64,000 nucleotides of DNA from assembly GCF_036321535.1 (NCBI RefSeq), contig NC_087437.1, positions 86,678,001-86,742,000 on the forward strand, given 5' to 3'. A program made the position numbers and the translations under genes. Below the pieces are notes generated by a model. That model did not search any database. It had not been told where the DNA came from and saw only the letters and a list, made by a program, of their open reading frames with translations. Positions 13,207-25,519 of the stretch are shown here, one piece after another. This stretch comes from Camelus dromedarius (Eukaryota). Position 1 is the first letter of the stretch, and each line of letters begins with the position of its first letter.

Positions 13207-14543
13207 ACCTCTCTGGCACTGTGGCTTAAGGAGTATCGGTTATCTAGTTCTCCTGGAGATGGTGTGCTCTTAATGACTTTTTTTGAGAGGTCTTTGTGTC
13301 TTCACCCTGTTTTGTGAACTCAGCTTGCTGTTTCCAGAGGCCCTCTGTTGGCGCCCTCATCTGTGCTGCTCCCAGTGGCTGTCAGCTAGCTGATCGTGCC
13401 CCCTCCCAACACTGGGTCAGGTGCTGAGCTCTTACCCGGTGGGCGGGCGGGTCGCTCCCCCTCCCGATGCCGCAGTCAGATGCTGTGCTCGAGGGAGGCA
13501 GGTGGGCAGATCATGCCCCCTCCAAGCACCATGGTCAGGTGCTGCATTCCTGCCAGGGAGTTGGGTGGCCACCGCCCTCTCCCGGCACAGGTCACTCTGC
13601 TGCTCTGTGCAGCTGCCCACTCTGCCTCGGGTGGGTGCTCTGAAGGCAGGCTCAGGGAAGACCGCGGAACAGCCCTGCCCCTGCTCCGTGCCAAATCTCA
13701 GCTCCTTATTTGTCTTTGAGGCTCGAGTTCTCTGAGGGGCCAGGCCAGAAAGATCCTATCTGCCTCGGGCTGTAAACAAGTCTCAATCCTGCCTAGGAGG
13801 TTGCGGAGCCCCTGGTGTGGATTCTGGTCTCAGCCCCGCCCCCACCCGGGCGCTGTGCACAGGAGGAGATGGCGGCTGTGGCTGCGCCCCACCTCTCTTC
13901 TCGTGAGAAGCGCCAGTAATGGTGGTGCAGGTCTGAAGAGACAAAGGCTATGGCGCCCCTCCCCCCAGGGCACACCAGCCATGTTGCTTTGCTTTTTTTG
14001 CAATTGATGGGGGACCGAGGTGGTTCTGCTCCATATCCCCTCCTAGCCACAGCATGCAGCACCCTGCAGTCCCCTGGGGCTGCCTCCATGCAGCTGCCCC
14101 AGTCCTCCACATGGCTTGGACGTCCTATCCTGGCCCCCAGCTGCCGGCTCACGTCTCAGGCTGGGTGTCACAGGGACCCTTTTTGCCCGTTTAACTCAGT
14201 TCTGTCTGTCAAGAGGTGCTCGGGGCAGATCTGAGCCTCGGAGGCTCCCCCTCTGTCCTGCTGGCCTCTCTATTGGAGAGAGGAGACCCAGCGAATGAGT
14301 GCCAGTCCTCCTTTTCCACTCCCTCCCCGCGGGGTCGGTCCCTCGCTGTTTTGCTTTTTCTTCTTTCTTTTTTCCTTTTCTCCTACCAGATTTTTGGTGT
14401 CTTTGTCTTTCAAAGAGGGCGATGTTCTGTTGGAGTTTGGCAGGTGCTCTGGTTGGCTGAGTAGGTCCGTAGATGTGAGTTTTGGTGTATTTGTGGGAGA
14501 GGGTGAGCTACAGGCATCCTTCTACTCTGCCATCTTGCTTCCA
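13207..14543 (-). promoter_or_regulatory. L1 5'UTR internal promoter, GC/CpG-rich, with YY1-like motif at the 5' end
   Basis: Only extended GC/CpG-rich island in the window; gccatctt at 14529-14536 is AAGATGGC on the minus strand, the usual YY1 site at L1 starts. Confidence 0.75.
13392..13610. repeat. Degenerate 58-59-bp tandem repeat (~3.7 units) in the L1 5'UTR
   Basis: Units start at 13392, 13450, 13509 and 13568, sharing roughly g(a/g)tc..gccccctccc...gtcag(g/a)tgctg. Confidence 0.75.
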
Positions 14544-14569
14544 CTAGGCTTTTGATTTTTTTTAACATG

Positions 14570-15520
14570 TAGAATATTTTTAAATTTATGGAAAAATTGT
14601 GAAGATAATCCTATACCCAATTTTTCCTATCATTAACATCTTACTTTAGTATGGTATATTTGTTATAATTAACAAACCGATGTAACAAACTGATGTATTA
14701 CAGTATACCAAAGTCTATAGTTTATTCAGATTTCTTTAGTTTTCACCCAAGTTCTTTTCTGTCTCATCATCTTATCCAGGATTTAGCATTACATGTAGTC
14801 ATTATATCTTTAGACTCCTCTTGGCTGGACAATTTCTCATATTTTCCTTGATTTTCATGATATTGATAGTTTTTAAGGTTATTGATCAGGTATTTTGTAA
14901 AACAAATCTCTACTGAGATTTGCCTGATGTTTTTCTCATGTTTAGTTTGAGGTTATGGGTTTTGAGGAGCAAGACCATAAAGATGAAATGTCATTTTTAT
15001 CATATTTTATCAAGGATACATATTATCAACATGACTTAATGCTTATCCTTAATGTTGAGCTTTGTCACTGGCTGAGGTGGTGTTTGCCAGGTTTCCCCAC
15101 TGTAAAGTTACTCATCCCTCGCTCCCCCATTTTCATACCATACTGTTTCGAAGATGTCACTACACATGGCCCGCCTTTAAAAGGTGGGGAGCTGTGCTCA
15201 ACTTCCTTGAATGTGGAGTATCTATATATGTTATTTGAAATTCTTTTGCATTGGAGATTTGTATCTTCTCCTCAATTTATGTATTTTTCATTATTTATAT
15301 CAATTTAGACTCACTCATATTTTTAATTGATTTTTTTCCTCAAATTGTTCCAGTTTTGGCCATTGAGAACACTTTCAGTTGGCTCCTGTGTCTGATATTC
15401 TCTTATCTGTGTTCCTTTTTTTTAATGGTGCTACAAGCTGCTCCAGGCTTATCTTGTATATTTCTTGCCCTAGTCTTAGAACAAGTTATTTCTCCAAGGA
15501 CCCTATTTCCTCTTACTGGC
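14570..15520 (-). mobile_element. Old L1 3'UTR (L1MC-type)
   Basis: Characteristic motifs ggtatatttgttataattaac, ttattcagatttctttagtttt, ctgatgtttttctcatg...ggttatgggttttgaggagcaagacca. Confidence 0.75.
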
Positions 15521-17019
15521 TTAGGGGTTTATTTTATTGGCCAGTGGGTTTATTATTCATTTTTATGCATTTTCTGGGGAGTGTTTGCAATATATGACCT
15601 GATCTGCTTTCACTGATATTCTTTTGAGTGGGGATTTTTCAGTGAATTCTAGGATACACAAATGTCTCCCAGGAATACAGAAGGAACCCTCATAACTGAA
15701 AGGGACTCTTCTGAAAAACAGAGTGCCTAAAAATTCAAGGGGAGACAGAAGTTCAGCCCCAAGTAAAATTTTTTCACAAATTCAATACAAAATGTGTTGA
15801 GAAATGGGATAAAAATATTCCTTTTAAGATGAATATAGATAAAATAAGATTTTAGTTTCAGTACACTGTAGAAAAGAGAGCCCTTGGATAAAGAAAGAAT
15901 GGTGACTAAGGGAGTTCAATTTTCTAGAAGTATGGACCCTTTCTTGTGGTCATAAAATTAGGGCTCCAAATCAGATAGTAGCTTAATATTAATACTGTAA
16001 TGAATGCTCCTTAATGACAGATCTGGAAGAAGATACTCTGGGTAAAATAGATCTTGGAAAAACAAAATTAATTATGCAGAATATTCAGAAGGAACAATTT
16101 AAGTATTCTTATCAATCTGTCTAGAAGGAAGCATGTTTCAGAAATATCCTATGCTTACATGATTTGGAAAAGAAAAGTTTAGAAAGTTCATTGGTCTGAT
16201 AAATACAAACACTATCAAAGACAGTGGAGAGATACTACACTTAACATAAATAAACTGTATAATGTATTTGAGGAATGTTGATGTGTTTGGAAAATTTATA
16301 TATAGTACTAATAATTTTATAAATAATGATGGCATTGTTTGTATCATAGTAATTCTGTGACAAATAAATTATATTTATTTATGGTAAATACCCAATAAAT
16401 TAGCCATTATTATTATTATTTGTAGGATCCATAGTAGTAAAATTAGTATTTATTTTTAAAAAGCAGATACTTCTGACCCTTCCCACCTAATAGAAAATGT
16501 AAAATTTTAAACAATTTATTGTTAGATTATAAGCAGTTCACTAGGGACTAACTTTTGTGTGTGTTTTATAAATGAAAGGATTATATTGTTTCTTTTTTTA
16601 TAGTGAGTTGTAATAGATTGTCTAAAATGATTACACAGGGTTAGATAATTGAAGGTACTCACAAGACTCTGCTGAGTATACAAATGTAAGGCTTCAATAA
16701 AAATAAATGATATGGTAAAGAAGGAAAAGGAAAACACAGGCAAGCATCAAGTGCCCTAGAAAGTTCCAGATGCAGCTCCCCAGTTCCTGGTCATGTAAGA
16801 TGTACTTTGTCTCTGAGTTGTGAGCCATGGAGATATGTCTGAGAAATCTTGGTTTCAGGATAGCTTAGGCAAAGTTTTCCAGGAGGGTCTGTTACGCCCC
16901 AGCAGTCATGAAGCCAAACCACACTGTGCAACAGGTTTAACTGGGTGTAATCTATCTATAGATTCCTAAACAATGTAGACAAGTTAGATCCAATTGCACA
17001 ATAACTCTATCATACACAA

Positions 17020-17520
17020 TGGTTGTTAACAATTCCTTCTCTCCCTGTATATGCATACCTCTTCCCCCATTAAGAGGACTGTTTCCCCTCCACTATCTTC
17101 TGATCTGGGCTTGTGACTTGCTTTAGCAAATAAAATTTGGTGAAAGTAACACTCTGTGAGTTTCAATTAAGAGAGCTAGTGGTTTCCAGTTTTGCTTACT
17201 TGCTACTTTTAACTTCCATGTAGAGAAGTCCAGGCAAACCTCTTAGAGGAAGAGGCCCTGGTGAATGAGAGGTCACATGGGAAAAAAAAAGTTAAGAATC
17301 TTAGCTTCAACCAACACCAAAGCTCTAGGCATGTGAATAAGGCCTTGAACCCACAATCTCTAATTGGGCCATAAGATCCAACAGCTGGTAGAGTGAAGAA
17401 AAGCTCTCCTAATGAGCCTGCCCTATTTTTTTCTCACAAACCTGTGAGCAAGAAAATAGTGGTTGTTAAAGCAAGTAAATATTGGAGTGATTTGTTGGGC
17501 AGCACAGTCTAAGTGAAATC
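17020..17520 (+). mobile_element. MaLR LTR (MLT1 family, older subfamily)
   Basis: ctgggcttgtgacttgctttagcaaataaaat...cctgtgagcaagaaaatagtggttgttaaagc...gtgatttgttgggcagca. Confidence 0.7.
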
Positions 17521-17849
17521 TAGTATATTAAGATGTAGTTGTACCAATTTATAATTTTGAATATTAATCATGCCCAAACTTAAACAATAATACATTTCTT
17601 AGGAAGAGATGTTATGTATTATTTAGTGCCTGTATTAGTATTTAAACATTAAATTACATATTGATACATGAAATTTTAGTATTCAAATGGAAATTCTGAT
17701 TTTCAAATGAAATCTAGATTTTCAAATTTCTCCATATGTGTCAAACAAAGAGAATCTTGCCTTTCCCTTTAGAAATATCTTTAGAAATTCCTTAAAAAGC
17801 AATTATATATGAGCATTACTTTTTTTAATAGATTTTATTTTTTAGTAAT

Positions 17850-19710
17850 GAATGTCACAATTTTGCCTCTATTTTTTATTACTTCTTTTCTTTTACTTAC
17901 TTTGGATTTAATATACTCTACTTCTTCTGATTTCCTACGTGAAAACTTACTGATTTTATATATATTTCTTTTCTAGAATATGCATTCAATTCTATAAATT
18001 TTCCTCTGTTGCTTTCACTGTATCCCACAAATTTCGATAAATTGTGTTTTCATTTTTATTTCAAAATCTTTTAAAATTTCTCTTGAAATCTTTGAGCTAT
18101 ATGTTATTTAGAAGAGTGTTGTTTAATCTCTGTGTATTTTGAGATGTCCCATCTTTCTGTGATTGATTTCTAGTTTAATATCTTTGTGATCTGAGAGTAG
18201 ACATTGTATTATTTTTATTTTTCTAAATTTGTTCAGATATGTTTTATGGCCCAGAATGTGGTCTGTCTTGGTGAGTATTCTATGTAAACTTGAGAAAAAT
18301 GTGTACTCTGCTGTTGTTGCATGGAGTAGTCTGCAAATATCAATTATATCAAGTTGATTGATGGTGTTGCTGAGTTCATCTATGCCCTTACTGATTTTCT
18401 ACCTCCTGGATTTGTCCACTTCTGATAACAGAGTGTTGAAGTCTCCAATAATGGTAGTGCGTTAATCTTTTCCTCCTTACAGTTCTATCAGGTTTTGCCT
18501 CACACAGTTTGACATTCTGTTAAGTGCATACACATTAAGGATTGTTATGTCTTCTTAAAGAATTGACCTCTTTATCATTATGTAATGCCCTTCTTTATAC
18601 CTGATGAAGTCTTCTCTCTCTGAATTTAATAAAGCTACTCCTTCCTTCTTTTGATTAGTGTCAGCATGGTATATTTTTCTCCATCTACTTATCTATATAT
18701 GTGACTTTAAAGTGGGTTTCTTGCAGACAACAAATAGGCGGGTCGTGTTTTTAATCCATTCTGACAATTTCTGTCATTTATTTTAATTGGTATATTTAGA
18801 CCATTGATGTTCAAAGTGATTATTGATATAGTCAGATTAATATCTACCATATTTGTTACTGTTTTCTATTTCTTGCTCCTGTTCTTTGTTTCTGTTTTTG
18901 TCTTCCACTCTTTTTCTGCCTTTTGTGGTTTAATTAAGTGTTTTTTATTATTCCATTTTCTCTCCTTTCTTAGCATATTAGTTATATGTCTTTTAAAATT
19001 TTTTCATACTGGTTGCCTTAGAGTTTGCAGTACACTTTTTCAGCTAATCCAAGTTTACTTTCAAATAACACTGTACCACATCATAGATAGTGTGATTTAT
19101 AATAAAATAGATTTATAATAAAAAAATTCTAATTTCTTCTTCCTATCCCTTATATCATTGCTGTCATTCATTTCACTTACACATAAGCTTTTATAAAATC
19201 CCATAGTTTAGTCGCTGGTAAACTAGTTTCCTTGAGGGCAGGCCTTGTTAAGTAGAGTGCTCTGGAGTACTTCAAATTGGTCCTTTTTTCACCTCCCCCT
19301 GGCAGAAGCATGAGGAGATTTTTCACTGATATTCACTGTGAGTACCTGCTCCAATTCCTGGAGATAAAACTTAAAAAGATGTAAGGGCCCTCCTGTGACT
19401 GGGTCCCCTGGGAGCTTTCATCTCTTGAACGTGTCCAAACTAAACTTCCAGCAATTCGTTAGTTATAGTTCAGGTTTTTTACCTCAGGTTGCAGTGGAGG
19501 TTTTTGCTTGGGGGATTCTGCTCTGATTTTGATTCTCTGTATCTACCTTTCTGTCTCTTCAATTTGGTGGGTAGTGCTTTGCCCTGTGACCTCACTTTCT
19601 GACAGACCTAAGAAGAGTTATTGATTTTTCAGTTTGTTCATCTTTTTTATTTGTTATTAGGATGGAGTGGCAACTTCTAAGCTCCCTATATACTGGATTG
19701 GAATCTACTG
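17850..19710 (-). mobile_element. Old L1 (L1M-type): 5'-end segment (~19200-19710) joined to spacer plus ORF2 endonuclease region (~17850-19190); ORF1 apparently absent
   Basis: 17900-18860 aligns by eye with the endonuclease region at 8050-8966; 19200-19710 resembles old L1M 5' ends (gttattaggatggagtggcaacttctaagct). Confidence 0.7.
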
Positions 19711-20978
19711 ATCGTTGTATTAAAAAAAAGTTTAGATATAAAATCAAGCATATCTTGAAATATTAAAAACATTAGTTTGAAATTCGAACTTAATTCTTAT
19801 ATTGCTATTTTGATTTAAATCCATCATTTCACATATTTCTTCTCACAGTTTTACATAATACCTATAAACTTTTCTGCTCATCTCAAAATTTCTGTGTATA
19901 CTTCTCTGCCTTTTACATATTTTGCTTTTATATGGTAATATAAGTCCACTCTGTATTCTTAGTACATTTTCCAAAGATAATTATAGATGAGTTTTTTAAG
20001 TGATTGACTGACTAGTGAGTTTCTCAAATAATTTATACTTTTCCATATATCTATTTATAAATACAGAACATATTTTCCTCATGAATTATAGCAAAAGTAG
20101 AGTGAGTTTAATAAAGGTTAACCCTCAGACTCTTCCTGTGGGACAGTTACACCTTCCCAGCCTGATGCTTCAGCCCAATAGAAACATTGCTGGGAGTAGA
20201 ACCACAGCTGACCTCTGACAGACATGTAGAAGTAAATCTTGGTGTTACTTTAGCCACTGTTATTTAGCAGTTTCTTTCCCATAGCAGACCTGCTGACTAA
20301 AATGTGTGGCTATTTATCAAAGATTGCTCTCACAAACTCAATTTAAACTGTGTAGGTTTGTTTTATGTGTGATATTTATCACATTCAAATCACTGTATTT
20401 ATTTTCTTTTTATTGAAACTACTGAAATTTCCATTGAAGCATGTGAATGCCAAGTTATGAAGACCTTACCACTCAAGTGATCTCACAGTTATAAGCAAAA
20501 TGATCAGATAAATCATTGTAAAGTGGATTAAAGAATGATTTTATTTTTTCTTATGGGAAAAGTAAAACAGTTCTAGGAGAAAAAAAAAACTGTAGATATA
20601 TTAAAAATTTCCAAGTGACACTGGCATTGAATCTGGATGAAGTATATTTCAAATACAGAGATACACACACAAACACACAACTTAACTCATGATTTTGGAA
20701 TTTTAATTATAATGATAAGAATATTGTTTATAAATGGAAACAAATTTCAAAAAAAATTTAATCATACTATCTTAGATGTTAAACAATCACTTGGTTTATA
20801 TCTATTTTGTTTGCCATAGAGACATTCACTAAATATATGTTAAGTTTTCTCAAAATAGTATCAGAAATACTGGACTTTGACATCTAGTTTAAGTCTGGAG
20901 TGACATTTTCTGCTGCTCCAGGTGTTTCCTGTCTATTATTACTGAATTCTTACACTCATTCTATGATAAAAAAATATT

Positions 20979-23260
20979 AGTGGGTATAGTGGGAACATAT
21001 CTCAACATAATAAAAGCTATATATGACAAACCTACAGCCAGCATAGTACTCAACAGTGAAAAACTCAAAACCTTCCCACTAAAATTTGGGACAAGACAAG
21101 GATGCCCACTATCACCACTCCTTTTCAACATCGTCTTGGAAGTCCTAGCCACAGCAATCAGGCAAGAGAGAGAAATAAAAGGGATCCAAATTGGAAAAGA
21201 AGAGGTAAAAGTGTCACTATATGCCAACAAGAAGTAACTATATATAGAAAACCCTAAGACGTCCACACAAAAACTACTAGAGCTGATCGAAGAATTCAGC
21301 AAGGTAGCAGGTTACAAGATTAACATTCAAAAATCAGTTGCATTTCTTTACACTAATGATGAATCAACAGAAAAAGAAAATAAAGAAACAATCCCCTTTA
21401 AAATAGCACCCAAATAATAAAATACCTAGGAATAAATCTAATCAAGGAGGTGAAAGAATTATACACAGAAAACTATAAACCATTGATGAAGGAAATTAAA
21501 GAAGACTTTAAAAAATGGAAAGATATCCCATGCTCTTGGATTGGAAGGATCAATATTGTTAAAATGGTGACACTGCCCAAGCAATCTACAGATTTAATGC
21601 AATCCCTATCCAATTACCCAGGACATATTTCACAGAACAAGAACAAATCATAGTAAAATTTATATGGAACCATCAAAGACCTAGAATTGCCAAAGCATTA
21701 CTGAAGAAAAAGAAAGAGGCTGGAGGAATAACTCTCCCAGACTTCAGACAATTCTGTAGAGCTACAGTCATCAAGACAGCATGGTATTGGTACAAAAACA
21801 GACATATAGACCAATGGAACAGAATAGAGAGCCCAGAAATGAACCCACAAACTTTTGGTCAACTCATCTTCGACAAAGGAGGCAAGAATATACAATGGAA
21901 TAAAGACAGTCTCTTCAGCAAATGGTGTTGGGAAAACTGGACAGCAGCATGAAAATCAGTGAAGCTAGAACACTCCCTTACACCATACACAAAAATCAAC
22001 TCAAAATGGATCAAAGACTTAAACATAAGACAAGATACAATAAACCTTCTAGAAGAAAATATAGGCAAAACATTATCTGACATACATCTCAAAAATGTTC
22101 TCCTAGAGCAGTCTACTCAAGCAATAGAAATAAAAGCAAGAATAAACAAATGGGACCTAATGAAACTTAGAAGCTTCTGCACAGCAAAAGAAACCATAAG
22201 CAAAACAAAAAGACAACCTACGGAATGTGCTTCTGCACAGCAAAAGAAACCAAAAAAGGCTTGATCTCCAGAATATATAAGCAGCTCATAAGACTTAATA
22301 AGAAAAAAACAAACAACCCAATCCAAAAATGGGCAGAAGAACTAAACAAGCAATTCTCCAAGGAAGACATACAAATGATCAATAGGCACATGAAAAAATG
22401 CTCAATATCACTAATTATCAGAGAAATGCAAATCAAAACTACAATGAGGTATCACCTCACACCAGTCAGAATGGCCATCATTCAAAAATCCACAAATGAC
22501 AAATGCTGGAGGGGCTGTGGAGAAAAGGGAACACTCCTTCACTGCTGGTGGGAATGCAGTTTGGTGCAGCCACTGTGGAAAACAGTATGGAGATTCCTCA
22601 AAAGACTAGGAATAGACTTACTGTATGACCCAGGAATCCTGCTCCTGGGCATATATCCAGAAGGAACCCTACTTCAAAATGACACCTGCACCTCAATGTT
22701 CATAGCAGCACTATTCACAATAGCCAAGACATGGAAACAGCCTAAATGTCCATGGACAGATGACTGGATAAAGAAGAGGTAGTATATTTATACGATGGAA
22801 TACTATTCAGCCATAAAAACTGACAACATAATACCATTTGCAGGAACATGGATGCTTCTGGAGAATGTCATTCTAAGTGAAGTAAGCCAGAAAGAGAAAG
22901 AAAAATACCATATGAGATTGCTTATATGTGGAATCTAAAAAAAACCAAAAACAAACAAACAAAGAAAACAAACATAAATATAAAACAGAAACAGATTCAT
23001 AGACACAGAATATAAACTTGTGGTTGCCAAGGGGGCGGAGGGTGGGAAGGGATAGACTGGGATTTCAAAATGTAGAATAGATAAACAAGATTATATTGTA
23101 TAGCACAGGGAAATATATACAAGATCTTATGGTAAGAGAAAAAAATGTGATAATGAATATATACATGTTCATGTATAATTGAAAAATTGGGCTCTACACT
23201 GGAATTTGACACAACATTGTAAAATTATTATAAATCAGTAAAAAATGTTAAAAAAATAAA
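20979..23260 (+). mobile_element. Young 5'-truncated LINE-1 (RT to C-terminus of ORF2, 3'UTR, A-tail), camelid-like subfamily
   Basis: ORF fragments [38 protein letters not shown] and [18 protein letters not shown] (CCHC); 3'UTR ends taaaaaatgttaaaaaaa; possible decayed TSD aaaatatta/aaagtatca. Confidence 0.95.
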
Positions 23261-24368
23261 AGTATCACCATAAAAAGTCTCTGTCTACAGTGCTAGTTTT
23301 ATAATGAGGGTATTTTGAAGCCTGATTACAATCTAATAAGTGAAACTGCCAAGTCAGTGCAAAGACTCCATGAATACTGAAATTGTTTCCTTCGATGATT
23401 TTTTCCCACATTGTTCGATGCAGAAACAACCTAATAGTTTCTCTCCTGTAACTGAAAAAGTAGTTATGTCGTTATTCTAATGTTTTAAAATATCTCCAAA
23501 AGCTCCACCTTTAGATGAAGTTTAAGTAGTGTGTGAAAAATACTAATAAAGGGAGAATACATAAAATGGTTTTCTCTCCTTAGGTATAAATTGGGCAAAC
23601 ACACACTGTACAAAAATAATACATACTTACATCTCTTTTTAAAACAACGCAATATTCTATAAGAAGAAGAAGTTTATGCCCACTGGGATGGTTAATTTGC
23701 ATATCACTGGCCAAGGGCAGCACAGATGCAAAGGGTGATTTCTAGATGAAGGTGTCACCCATGAAGTGACAAAAATTGACTCTTTGCATGCCTACCTCCC
23801 TGCTGCTGGTAACTAAGTAATACTGTTACTTGGCTGATTTCCTAATAAACTACAGGTGGGCGGGTGTTGAGGTTGTGCCATTACAAATCATCATCTGTTA
23901 GATCAAAGTGCAGCGGGAAGAACGGCAGGTGTGCCGTATTAATAGCTACATTTATCTCCCCAGTCACTTAATAATTGCTTCTAGTGTGGCTTCCTTGTAG
24001 CACTGCATTTCATGGACTCCAAAAGCATTTTGATGAAGCTTAATGTGTTCCATGTTGGCAGAGTTCTCATGTGCTAAGTGTAGGGCGTGTTGTCTTTCAT
24101 TTCCTAATAAGGCACTGGTGTACCAAACAGATGAAGGGAACCACTTGTGAGTTATCATTCTGTGAACAAATATTAGAGTTTACCTTTACATTTTCAGTAT
24201 GTGATTGAAAATGAAGCTAATATACTCATCCAATTTTTTATAAATATTTTCCCATATAAATATTTATAAATGTTGCTGACATTTATCAATTGTCTTCTGC
24301 ATATTAACCATATACTTATTTAGGCTTTTATATATGTATATACAGTTCTAGAACAATCCTTTTGTGAA

Positions 24369-24412
24369 GATTATAATTATAGTCAACAGCATCATTGACT
24401 ATAATTATAATC
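24369..24412. repeat. Perfect inverted repeat, 18-bp arms, 8-nt loop
   Basis: gattataattatagtcaa-cagcatca-ttgactataattataatc. Confidence 0.95.
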
Positions 24413-25519
24413 AAAAATTGAAGAATAAAAGTCTAAAATTGTTTGCATTTGCCATCTTGAGAGGCTTAAACGTTTAGTTATATTGTCCTATGGGAGGAGG
24501 AAGACCTTTTATAGTTATAAGCAAATAGAAGATACAGAGCACAGGGCTCAGTTTTGGAAATTTTGGGTAGTTTTCTAGTTCTCTGTGCATAATATATTCG
24601 TAATTGAATTTTTGAATATGTATTCTGATTCCGATATGAAACTTAAACTGCATTTGATTGTGTAGCTTGTGTGTTTGCATGTGCTTTTGTATTTTATAAA
24701 ACCAATAGAAGACCTGGGAGAGGAAAACAGGGTGGGAAACATTGTGAGATGTTATTTGTATTGTGTGTAATGAACACACACTTGTAGCTTACTATTGTGG
24801 AGTAGAACTTGAGTAAATATGGTCCTGTATTCCTTTCTAGCCCTTCTCTACCAATGTAGGACTAATCCATGGATTTATAGTTATTTCAGTTATTTCTGGA
24901 TTTCTATGTGGTTGTTTCTCAAATAATAGCTTTCTTGGCTTTGAAAATGTCACTACATCTGTCTCATTCTAACATCCTGAGATGCAAATAATAGAACACA
25001 TGGCATTAAAAATGGAAAATAATCAACATTCTATGTGTTTGGAATTTAACGTAAATAGAAAGCAATTTGTTTTACCTTTAGACTTACTCCTATTTTGTTT
25101 GCAGTGATGGAATGTCATTTAACAATTTATTAAAATGTACAACAGTACAAAATCTATTATGAGTTATAGAAATCATCACTTTTTCTTGCTTTTTTTCAAA
25201 TGTCTAAATAGTCTAATGCAAATTTGGAAGTTTAATTTCAGTATAGTTTTTAGAAAATAAATAATTTGTTGCTCCCATGTATTCAAAAGTGTGAAATTTT
25301 GACTCTAAAATGCAGTAAAACATTGATATATTTTCTTGTATAAAAATGTTAATTCAACTTTATCTTTTTCATATTTCCAAACATGTCTCTGTGCTTGCTT
25401 CCTAACCGTCCAAAGCCTTAAAACCACAACTGCTCTCCAATAAGATGTGCAAGAAGATGGAGCTGTACTGTTGTCTTCTGAAATTAGCACTTGCAATTCA
25501 AGCACTTGGTGTCAGAGAC

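Larger units (their letters stand above)
11510..14543 (-). mobile_element. Internally deleted LINE-1: 5'UTR + ORF1 + 130-nt spacer fused to ORF2 3' tip + 3'UTR + A-tail
   Basis: Minus strand begins tggaagcaagatggcagagtag; ORF1 homology 13206-12316; junction at 12183-12185; 3' part matches 22570-23250; TSD ctagacttttgtttttttt (from 11490) / ctaggcttttgatttttttt (14544-14563) followed by aa (TTTT/AA endonuclease site). Confidence 0.95.

Noticed and set aside
13396..14555. Cluster of overlapping 60-119 aa ORFs on both strands (possible ORF0-like antisense ORF)
   Set aside because: Expected from stop-poor GC-rich 5'UTR sequence; no recognisable protein; ORF0 is described for primate L1.
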